Below are positions 1 through 7,131 of a DNA stretch of 11,084 nucleotides, one piece after another; the stretch's first letter is position 1; the number at the start of each line of letters is the position of its first letter. The stretch covers positions 1 to 11,084 of the forward strand of contig CBDESP010000001.1 in the NCBI GenBank assembly GCA_965242525.1, read 5' to 3'. The notes beneath the pieces were generated by a model, which was not told the DNA's origin, did not search any database, and saw only the letters and a program-made list of their open reading frames with translations. This DNA comes from an uncultured Candidatus Binatia bacterium (GTDB lineage: Bacteria > Desulfobacterota > Binatia > UBA9968 > JAJDTQ01). The translations under genes were made by a program, and so were the position numbers.

Positions 1-239
1 AGGGTCGGGTTGGGATTGGCGCCAGAAAGAAGTCTTCTGACCACCTCGGGGCGAAGGTCGGCTCGACGCGCCACCTCGGCCTTGGTCAGGTCGAGGCTGG
101 ACCGGCGCTGATCCAACTCGCGGATGATCGTGTCGATCTGGGTAGTGCGCCGACGGGCGGTCACATAGGCGGCCTCGAACTCCGGGTCCTTCATGCGGAT
201 CTCGAAGTAGCGTTCAGCGCCGGTGCTCAGCCGTGACAT
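1..239 (-). CDS. XRE-family helix-turn-helix protein, HigA-like antitoxin/regulator (3' end runs off the window)
   Basis: Not in the ORF track. Manual translation from ATG at 239: MSRLSTGAERYFEIRMKDPEFEAAYVTARRRTTQIDTIIRELDQRRSSLDLTKAEVARRADLRPEVVRRLLSGANPNPT. The 'DPEFEAAY' N-terminus, the LTKAEVARRA..VRRL helix-turn-helix and the NPT(L) motif are typical of XRE/HigA-type proteins. Confidence 0.8.
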   Translation of the reverse strand, partial: MSRLSTGAERYFEIRMKDPEFEAAYVTARRRTTQIDTIIRELDQRRSSLDLTKAEVARRADLRPEVVRRLLSGANPNPT

Positions 240-246
240 CTCCTCA

Positions 247-274
247 ACTATAACGTGACACACAAGTTACGCAA
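247..274 (-). promoter_or_regulatory. Sigma70/HrdB-type promoter for a probably leaderless HTH transcript
   Basis: Minus strand reads TTGCGT (274-269), 16 nt, TATAGT (252-247), 7 nt, ATG (239). It is a locally AT-rich patch in a 70% GC context. Confidence 0.65.
251..270. promoter_or_regulatory. Candidate autoregulatory operator (imperfect inverted repeats in the promoter spacer)
   Basis: TAAC-N11-GTTA (251-269) and GTGAC-N6-GTTAC (255-270) overlap the -10/-35 region of the HTH gene. Confidence 0.35.
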
Positions 275-363
275 GGCCGGAGTTTCGGCTCTTGGGGAAC
301 CCTGTTCTGCGGAATGGTGAATCGGTGGGCGACGAGGCTAGGGCGTTTGCCTTGGCGCTTTGC

Positions 364-1632
364 TCAACTGGGGTTTTGCTCGATGGCGGGGGGGTTGGGG
401 TTGGGGCGGCTGCCGTGGCGCTCGGGGTCGCCGGGGGCGTCGCCGACGGGGATGACGAGGTCGGTGGCCAGGCAGTCGGCGGTCATGCAGTCGGCCACCA
501 TGTTGTGGAACCGGTGCAGGGGCTCCTCGAAGCGGGGTGACAACGGACCCGGCGGGGCCCCGCCGTGGGTCAGGCCCCGCTGGGCCCGCTCTACGATGTC
601 GATGTCCTCGGCGTTGACTTGGTGCCAGAAGGTTCGGGTGGCAGCGAAGGCGGACTCGTTGAAGCCCTCGGCGGTGGGCGGGACCAAGAAGGTGCAGTGC
701 TCCCTAGTCCTTCCCGCCTCCAGCGGCTCAAGGCGGATTACGAAGGCGTGGTTGGGCAGCACCGAGACCAGCGTGTTGGGGAACACGGTCAGGAACCGGC
801 CGCTGGCCCCGTCGGATGCGTCCAAGCCGGGGGCCGGGGGCAGGGTCAGCCAGTCGTCGCGCTCGTCGCCGGACACGGGGGTGGTGGTCTGCCCGCAGTA
901 CAGGCCCGGACCCTGATACCGGTAGTGGTCGCCCACCCGAGACACCTTGGCCAGTTCGGGATGCACCCAGGCCAGGTGGTAGTACTCCTGGAAGTTCTCC
1001 GAAATCAGCTTCCAGTTGGCGGCCACCTCCACCGTGCTCTCCTCGCAGATCCGCCACCGGTCCAACCCGTAGCCGGACGTTCGCTCCGGCAGGTCGCCCA
1101 GCCACCGGTCCAGGGGCGGGGTCTCGGGATCGAGGCAGGCGAACACCAGCGGGCCCCACTCGTCCACCCGGACCGGCAGCAGCGGATAGTCAGTCGAGTC
1201 GAAACCGGGTCGGGGCACCTCGTCGAAGCGGGGGACCGACACCAGCGAGCCGTCGAGGGCGTAACCCCACCGGTGGTAGGGGCAGCGGATCACGCCGGCC
1301 ACGTCGCAGTCGGCCTCGGCCAGCTCCGTCCCCCGGTGGCGGCACGAGTTGACGAAGCCTCGCAACCTGCCGTCGCCGTCCCGGGTGACGAGCACCGATT
1401 TGGACCCGACTCGGCGGACCAGCATCCGGCCGGGCTCGGCCACCTCGGGGGCCGTGCCCACCGCCACCCAGGCCCGCTCGAACAGCCGCTCCTGCTCCAG
1501 GGCGAAGAAGCCGGGGTCGCGGTAGGCGTCCGGGTGAAGGCCGAACGCCTCGGCCAAGGGGCGCCGGGTGGCGCTCCAGGCCGCGTCTTCGCCCCAGCGC
1601 GCCGAACTCAGGACCGAGCCCTCCTCAGCCAC
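364..1632 (-). CDS. Rieske non-heme iron oxygenase alpha subunit (choline monooxygenase/CntA-like group of ring-hydroxylating oxygenases)
   Basis: Rieske motif CRHRG...CPYHRW, mononuclear iron motif ENFQEYYH-x4-H, and distal EDIDIVE..Q. 422 aa with GTG start. Substrate cannot be assigned from sequence. Confidence 0.9.
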   Translation of the reverse strand: MAEEGSVLSSARWGEDAAWSATRRPLAEAFGLHPDAYRDPGFFALEQERLFERAWVAVGTAPEVAEPGRMLVRRVGSKSVLVTRDGDGRLRGFVNSCRHRGTELAEADCDVAGVIRCPYHRWGYALDGSLVSVPRFDEVPRPGFDSTDYPLLPVRVDEWGPLVFACLDPETPPLDRWLGDLPERTSGYGLDRWRICEESTVEVAANWKLISENFQEYYHLAWVHPELAKVSRVGDHYRYQGPGLYCGQTTTPVSGDERDDWLTLPPAPGLDASDGASGRFLTVFPNTLVSVLPNHAFVIRLEPLEAGRTREHCTFLVPPTAEGFNESAFAATRTFWHQVNAEDIDIVERAQRGLTHGGAPPGPLSPRFEEPLHRFHNMVADCMTADCLATDLVIPVGDAPGDPERHGSRPNPNPPAIEQNPS

Positions 1633-1674
1633 TGGAACCGCTGGCGGCGGCGGTCCCGACCCTCACCGGGGAGG

Positions 1675-2676
1675 TCAGGTGTTGACGGCCGGGATTATCC
1701 GCTGGCCGTAGGCGTTGAGGGTTTCGTCCTTTTGGTCGTGCATCAAATAGACGGCGAACTGGTCCACGCCCAGGTCCCGCAGTTCCCGGAGCCGACCGAC
1801 ATGGTCGTCCTCGGGGCCGAGCAGGCAGAACCGGTCGATCACCTCGTCGGGCACGAAGTCGGTGTGGACGTTGCCAGCCCGGCCGTGGTCGGCGTAGTCG
1901 TAGCCCTGACGGCCCTCGATGTAGTCGGTCAGAGCCCGGGGCACGGCCTCGCCGGTGTCGCCGTAGCGCTCCACCAAGTCGGCCACGTGGTTGCCGACCA
2001 TGCCGCCGAACCAGCGGCACTGATCCCGCTGATGGGCCAGGTCGTCGCCGACATAAGCGGGGGCGGCCACGCATATATAAAGGTCGTCGGGGTCCCGGCC
2101 CACGGCAGCCGCGGCCCGGCGCACCGCCCCGATGGTCCAGGCCGCGATCTGGGGGTCGGCGAGCTGCAGGATGAACCCGTCGGCCTTGGCCCCGCACAAC
2201 TCCAGGGCCTTGGGCCCGTAGGCGGCCATCCACACCTCCAAGCGGCCGCCCCGGCTCCAGCCCAGGCGCAGGTCGGTCCCGTCGCAGTCCACCGAGCGGC
2301 CCTCGGCCAGGTCCTTGATCACCTCCATCGACCGGGCCAGCTCGGCCAGACTGGTGGGCCGGCCGCCCAGCACCCGCAGGGCCGAGTCGCCCCGGCCGAT
2401 GCCGCACACCGTCCGGTTGCCGAACATGTCATTGAGGGTGGCGAACAGCGAGGCGGTCACCGACGGGTGCCGGGTGCCGGGGTTGGTGACCATCGGCCCC
2501 ACCGTCATGCGGTTGGTGGCCGCCAGGATCTGGCTGTAGACGACGAAGGGCTCCTGCCACAGCACATGGCTGTCGAAGGTCCACCCGTAGCCGAACCCCA
2601 GGGTCTCGGCCCGCCGGGCCAGATCCACCACCCGCCAGGCCGGGGGATCGGTCTGCAGCACCACCCCGAAGTCCAT
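1675..2676 (-). CDS. LLM-class putative F420-dependent oxidoreductase, TIGR03842 (CPS_4043)-like
   Basis: True start is MDFGVVLQTDPP (ATG 2676, with GGGAG 6 nt upstream); the 3399 start in the ORF track is shadow of mmsA. Motifs WTFDSHVLWQEP, GPMVTNP, GIGRGDSA, AAYGPKAL, WFGGMVGNHVAD. 333 aa. Family recognised from memory and from its position next to hydA. Confidence 0.88.
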   Translation of the reverse strand: MDFGVVLQTDPPAWRVVDLARRAETLGFGYGWTFDSHVLWQEPFVVYSQILAATNRMTVGPMVTNPGTRHPSVTASLFATLNDMFGNRTVCGIGRGDSALRVLGGRPTSLAELARSMEVIKDLAEGRSVDCDGTDLRLGWSRGGRLEVWMAAYGPKALELCGAKADGFILQLADPQIAAWTIGAVRRAAAAVGRDPDDLYICVAAPAYVGDDLAHQRDQCRWFGGMVGNHVADLVERYGDTGEAVPRALTDYIEGRQGYDYADHGRAGNVHTDFVPDEVIDRFCLLGPEDDHVGRLRELRDLGVDQFAVYLMHDQKDETLNAYGQRIIPAVNT

Positions 2677-2750
2677 CACCATCTCCCGCGGCCCGGGCCG
2701 TCGCCCCCAACCGAGCCCGCCAACCCGCTCGCCGCCACCGGCCCGCTCCC

Positions 2751-4238
2751 CTACCGGTTCTGGGGGAAGCCCAGGTCGATGCGGCTGCCGGCCGGGTCGG
2801 GCCAGCGGGAGGTCACCACCTTGGCCTTGGTGTAGAAGCGGACACCCTCGGGGCCGTACATGTGGGCGTCGCCGAACAGCGACTGCTTCCAGCCCCCGAA
2901 GGAGTGGCAGCCCACCGGCACCGGGATGGGGACGTTGACCCCGACCATGCCCGCGTCGGCGTCCTCCTGGAACTGCCGGGCCGCGCCGCCGTCGCGGGTG
3001 AAGACGGCGGCGCCGTTGCCCCAGGGGTTGGCCTCGATCAGCTCCACCGCCTCCCGGTAGCCGTCGGCCCGCACCACGCACAGCACCGGCCCGAAGATCT
3101 CGTCGCGGTACACCGACATGTCGGGGGTGACGTGATCCAGCAGCGACGGCCCCAGGAAGAACCCGTCGCCGTCGAAGGCCTGGTCCCGGCCGTCCACCAC
3201 CACCGCCGCCCCCTCGTCGGCCCCGGCCCCCACGTAGCCGGCCACCCGGTCTCGGTGCTGGCCGGTGATGAGCGGGCCCATGTCGGAGGCCGGGTCGTCG
3301 CCGGGGCCGACGGCCAGCTTCTCGGTCCTCACTCGGATGGCGTCCACCATCCGGTCGCCGGCTGCGCCCACCGCCACCACCACCGAGATGGCCATGCACC
3401 GCTCCCCCGCCGACCCGTAGGCGGCCGACACGGCGGCGTCGGCGGCCAGGTCGATGTCGGCGTCGGGCAGGACCACCATGTGGTTCTTGGCCCCGCCCAG
3501 GGCCTGGACCCGCTTGCCCGCGGCGGTGGCCGTCTCATAGACGTGGCGGGCCACGGGGGTGGAGCCCACGAAGCTCACCGCCCTCACATCGGGGTGGGCC
3601 AGCAGCCGGTCCACCGCGGTCTTGTCGCCGTTGACCAGGTTCAACACGCCGGGCGGGAACCCGGCCTCATGGAACAGTTCGACGACGAGGCCGGGGCCCG
3701 ACGGGTCCCGCTCGGACGGCTTGAGCACGAAGGCGTTGCCGCAGGCCACCGCGTTGGGGATCATCCACAGCGGCACCATGGCCGGGAAGTTGAACGGGGT
3801 GATGCCGGCCACCACCCCCAGGGGCTGGCGCATCGAATACACATCGACCCCGGTGGAGGCCCGGGCGCTGTAGTCGCCCTTGAGCAGCTCGCCCAGCCCG
3901 CAGGCGTACTCGATGTTCTCCAAGCCCCGGGCCACCTCGCCCCGGGCGTCGGCGGCCACCTTGCCGTGCTCGGCGGTGATCCGGCGGGCGATCTCAGCCG
4001 CGTTGGCCTCCACTAGGTCCCGGAAGGCGAACATCAGCCGGGTGCGGGCGGCCAGCGAGGCGTGCCGCCACTCCTCGAAGGCCCCGGCGGCGGCGGCCAC
4101 CGCCTCGTCCACCTCCTCGACCGAGGCCAGGGCGGCTTCGGTGGTCTGTCGGCCGGTGGCCGGGTCGAACACCGGCGAGCCGCGCCCCGACCGGCCCGGC
4201 CGGGGCTCGCCGTTCACGTAGTGGCCGATCGTCTCCAT
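2751..4238 (-). CDS. mmsA: CoA-acylating methylmalonate/malonate-semialdehyde dehydrogenase
   Basis: ITPFNFPAMVPLW, LKPSERDP, SFVGSTP, GGAKNH, catalytic GERCMA, EIFGP, VGVNVPIPVP and SFGGWK motifs. Start is probably ATG 4238 (METIGH); TTG 4244 is the alternative. Confidence 0.95.
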   Translation of the reverse strand: METIGHYVNGEPRPGRSGRGSPVFDPATGRQTTEAALASVEEVDEAVAAAAGAFEEWRHASLAARTRLMFAFRDLVEANAAEIARRITAEHGKVAADARGEVARGLENIEYACGLGELLKGDYSARASTGVDVYSMRQPLGVVAGITPFNFPAMVPLWMIPNAVACGNAFVLKPSERDPSGPGLVVELFHEAGFPPGVLNLVNGDKTAVDRLLAHPDVRAVSFVGSTPVARHVYETATAAGKRVQALGGAKNHMVVLPDADIDLAADAAVSAAYGSAGERCMAISVVVAVGAAGDRMVDAIRVRTEKLAVGPGDDPASDMGPLITGQHRDRVAGYVGAGADEGAAVVVDGRDQAFDGDGFFLGPSLLDHVTPDMSVYRDEIFGPVLCVVRADGYREAVELIEANPWGNGAAVFTRDGGAARQFQEDADAGMVGVNVPIPVPVGCHSFGGWKQSLFGDAHMYGPEGVRFYTKAKVVTSRWPDPAGSRIDLGFPQNR

Positions 4239-4297
4239 CCTCAACCCCCCGTTTCGTCAAACCGCCCGGCCGCCCCCGGCCGAAGCACCGGGAGAAC

Positions 4298-5707
4298 TCA
4301 CCGTAGATACTGGCACAGGCCCCGGCGCAGGTAGCGGCCGTCGCCGGGGCGGCCCAGGTAGCGGCCGCCGTCGATGACGATGCGGCCCCTCGACATCACC
4401 GTGTCCACCCCGCCGGTGACCTCAATGCCCTCATAGGCGGAGTGGTCGATGTTCATGTGGTGGTTGTCGGCGCTTATCGTCCAGCGCCGGGCCGGGTCGT
4501 AGATCACGATGTCGGCGTCGGCGCCGGGGGCGATCACCCCTTTGCGGGGGTACAGGCCCATCATCCGGGCCGGGGTGGTGGAGCACAGCTCCACCCAGCG
4601 GGCCAGGCCGATCTCGCCGTTCACCACGCCCTGGTAGATCATGTCCATGCGGTGCTCCACCCCGCCGATCCCGTTGGGGATGGCCCGGAAGTCGCTGCGG
4701 CCCATCTCCTTCTGCTCCTTCATGCAGAACGGGCAGTGGTCGGTGGCCACCACGGCCAGGTCGTTGGTGCGCAGCCCCTTCCACAGCTCGTCTTGGTGGT
4801 GCTCGTGGCGGGAGCGCAGCGGGGTGGAGCAGACGTAGGCCGCGCCCTCGAACCCGGGCCGGCCGAGGTGGTCCTCCAGGCTGAAGTAGAGGTACTGGGG
4901 GCAGGTCTCGGCGAACACGTTGGCGCCCTGGTCCCGGGCGGCGGCCACCTGCTCTAGGGCCTGCTTGGCCGACAGATGCACGATGTACAGCGGGCAGGCC
5001 CCCACCCGGGCCAACTGGACGGCCCGGTGGGTGGCCTCGGCCTCCAGCTCGGCCCGGCGCACGTAGCCGTGGTTGACCGGGTCGGTCTCGCCCCGCTCGA
5101 AGGCCTGCTCGGCCAGCACGTCGATGGCCAGGCCGTTCTCGGCGTGCATCATGATCAGCCCGCCGTTGCCGGCCGCCTGCTGCATGGCCCGCAGGATCTG
5201 GCCGTCGTCGGACATCAGCACGCCGGGGTAGGCCATGAACAGCTTGAAGCTGGTGATGCCCTCGTTCACCAGCAGGTCCATCTCCTTGAGGGAGTCGTTG
5301 TCGACGCCGCCGATGATCATGTGGAAGCCGTAGTCGATGGCGCAGCGGCCCTCGGCTTGGGCCATCCGCTGGTCGAGGCACTCCCGCACGTTCTCGCCGT
5401 AGTTCTGGGTGGCGAAGTCCACGATGGTGGTGGTGCCGCCCCAGGCCGCGGCCCGGGTGCCGGTCTCGAAGTCGTCGGCCGACACCGTGCCCATGATCGG
5501 GATCTCCATGTGGGTGTGGACGTCGACCCCGCCGGGCACCACCAGCTTCCCGGCGGCGTCGATGACCTCCGCGCCGGCTTCGGCGGCGGCGGCGATGTCG
5601 CTGCCGGGCCACAGCACCGCCTCCACCCGCTCGCCGGCGACCAGCACCTCGGCCCGGTCGGCCCCGGTGGCGGACACCACGGTCCCGCCTTTGATCAGCG
5701 TCGCCAC
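4298..5707 (-). CDS. hydA: Dihydropyrimidinase / D-hydantoinase
   Basis: GTG at 5707 with AGGAGG 5 nt upstream. Metal ligands DVHTH, carbamylated Lys in SFKLFMAY, MHAENG, IVHLS and ATDHCPF; also AAAWGGTTT and IPNGIGGVEHRM. 469 aa. Confidence 0.95.
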   Translation of the reverse strand: MATLIKGGTVVSATGADRAEVLVAGERVEAVLWPGSDIAAAAEAGAEVIDAAGKLVVPGGVDVHTHMEIPIMGTVSADDFETGTRAAAWGGTTTIVDFATQNYGENVRECLDQRMAQAEGRCAIDYGFHMIIGGVDNDSLKEMDLLVNEGITSFKLFMAYPGVLMSDDGQILRAMQQAAGNGGLIMMHAENGLAIDVLAEQAFERGETDPVNHGYVRRAELEAEATHRAVQLARVGACPLYIVHLSAKQALEQVAAARDQGANVFAETCPQYLYFSLEDHLGRPGFEGAAYVCSTPLRSRHEHHQDELWKGLRTNDLAVVATDHCPFCMKEQKEMGRSDFRAIPNGIGGVEHRMDMIYQGVVNGEIGLARWVELCSTTPARMMGLYPRKGVIAPGADADIVIYDPARRWTISADNHHMNIDHSAYEGIEVTGGVDTVMSRGRIVIDGGRYLGRPGDGRYLRRGLCQYLR

Positions 5708-6894
5708 ATCCGCCTCCTCTTGCGGGGTGTCGGGTCCGGGCTCGGCGGTGATGGTACCTCTCGCCGGCCCAGCATCACATCGAGGTTGAACCGGTCCCGG
5801 GCGGCCCGGGCGGGGTTGCTGGCGACGTCGATCCCGCGGTCGTCGTCGATTTCTCCGGTCAGCCCCTCGGGAGCGCCGAGAGGAACGGCGGGAACGGGGG
5901 CGAACACGTCCGACAGCCACAGCGTGCCCTCGGCCGCGAAGCCGCGCAGCATGGTCACCGACCCGTCGGCCAGCACGCTCACATATCCCTCGGTGGTCAA
6001 AAAGCCCGCCCAGCTCAGATGCACGGCGTCGTAGTGCTCGGCCGCGGCCCGCCAGTCCACGCCGACGAGCCGGGGCGGACTCGGGTAAGCGGCGTGCTGA
6101 CCCGGCACGGCCAACAGCTCGCGGACCTGCGCCTCCTCGTCATATTTGGGCGGCCGATTCCGCGGCAACAGGCCGGACAGCCAGCCGAGGAGTCCAGGTC
6201 TTGCCAGAACGAAGAGCGCCACCGGGGTCGGGCGACGAGACAACCTCAGCCGCCACCGCCGCGACGGGCCGGGCGACTTGAACTCCCAGGTGCCATATGA
6301 CTTGTACATGTCCGCGTCGGTGTCGGGCCATCTCTCGACCAGATCGACCCAGTCCGAGGGGCGGTGAATCTCCTTCACCTTGGGCCGGCCTTCGATCTCG
6401 ACGCGCCAGCGGCTCGTCGGAGGCGGAAACAGCTCCCAGGCGCTCAAGACATCATCGTGGGCTTCCGCCGGGGGGCGGGTCGCGGTCCACAACAAGGAGC
6501 CGTCGGCTTGCCGGTGCGGGGCCGTGTCCGTGGTCCACCACTCCTGGCCGCCCGGGTCCATCGGCTCATGCAGGATGTCGCCGAATTTCCGGACCAGGGC
6601 TTCCGCGATCGGCAGCCTGCTCTCGGCGTTCCGATAGGCGGCCGCAACCTCACCGGGGGCGATGGGATTCCAAGGGCCGGCATAGTCTTCGCCCGCGCTC
6701 ACTGCAAGCGAGCGGACCTCGTCGACGGAGGCGGCCCAAACCCAATCGACGGCGCGTTCGACATCCTCGGGGTCGGAGCCGCCGCCCCCAAAAAAGTGGG
6801 AAGACTTCCGGTTCTGGACTCTCGACTCGATGGCGGCCAGCGTCACGACCCCCATCGGGGCCTCCATCAGCGCCTCTATTGATCCCGAGATCAT
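5695..6894 (-). CDS. Uncharacterised protein, downstream paralogue (copy B)
   Basis: Long ORF alignable along its length with copy A (QEWWTTD, KEIHRPSDWV, VDW.AAAEHYDAVH.SWAGFLTTEGY). Start is uncertain (ATG 6894 or 6867; no RBS seen) and it may be fused to copy A. Its stop overlaps the hydA start by 13 nt. Confidence 0.75.
   Translation of the reverse strand: MISGSIEALMEAPMGVVTLAAIESRVQNRKSSHFFGGGGSDPEDVERAVDWVWAASVDEVRSLAVSAGEDYAGPWNPIAPGEVAAAYRNAESRLPIAEALVRKFGDILHEPMDPGGQEWWTTDTAPHRQADGSLLWTATRPPAEAHDDVLSAWELFPPPTSRWRVEIEGRPKVKEIHRPSDWVDLVERWPDTDADMYKSYGTWEFKSPGPSRRWRLRLSRRPTPVALFVLARPGLLGWLSGLLPRNRPPKYDEEAQVRELLAVPGQHAAYPSPPRLVGVDWRAAAEHYDAVHLSWAGFLTTEGYVSVLADGSVTMLRGFAAEGTLWLSDVFAPVPAVPLGAPEGLTGEIDDDRGIDVASNPARAARDRFNLDVMLGRREVPSPPSPDPTPRKRRRMWRR
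5713..5758 (-). promoter_or_regulatory. RBS and candidate -10 element for hydA
   Basis: AGGAGG at 5718-5713. GGTACCAT (TANNNT at 5756-5751) lies about 45 nt upstream of the start codon. No convincing -35. Confidence 0.45.
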
Positions 6895-7131
6895 CGCCGC
6901 AGGCACCCTCTTTGGTCAGGCCCTCGGGGGCATCAAGAGGGGATGCGGGGACCGGGGCGAACCGATCGGTCAGCCACAGCGTGCTTTCGCTGGCGAAGCC
7001 GCGCATCATGGTCACCGACCCGTCCGCCAGCTCGCTCACATATCCCTCGGTGGTCAAGAAGCCCGCCCAGCTCACATGCACGGCATCGTAGTGCTCGGCC
7101 GCGGCGTGCCAGTCCACCCCGACGAGCCGGG
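5914..7131. repeat. Most conserved block of the tandem gene duplication: 5914-6074 vs 6971-7131
   Basis: Ungapped alignment with offset 1057 nt; 14 mismatches in 161 nt by manual count (about 91%). Confidence 0.9.

Noticed and set aside
337-361. Hairpin GCTAGGGC-GTTT-GCCTTGGC followed by GCTTTT as terminator of the operon
   Set aside because: The G-U pairs and T-tract work only on the + strand, opposite to the Rieske transcript; too weak to call.
386-410. G-tracts / TTGGGG telomere-like repeats (also 1-20 and 2683-2750)
   Set aside because: Explained by Pro-Asn codons on the coding strand or by GC-rich intergenic skew; only two units.
565-2835. 756-aa + strand ORF, and similar long ORFs 2862-4016, 4976-6034, 9426-10601 and 4431-5612
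   Set aside because: Antisense or off-frame shadows of well-supported high-GC genes, with no recognisable motifs.
5708-5920. ORF-track extensions of hydA (to 5920), the LLM gene (to 3399) and the Fe-S ORF (down to 8126)
   Set aside because: They overlap other genes in non-coding frames. RBS positions and family N-termini indicate the shorter starts, and the 8126 tail is frameshift read-through.
5914-7131. Paralogue repeat as a DGR or CRISPR-like structure
   Set aside because: Both copies are coding, substitutions are of mixed type, and there is no spacer periodicity; it is an ordinary gene duplication.
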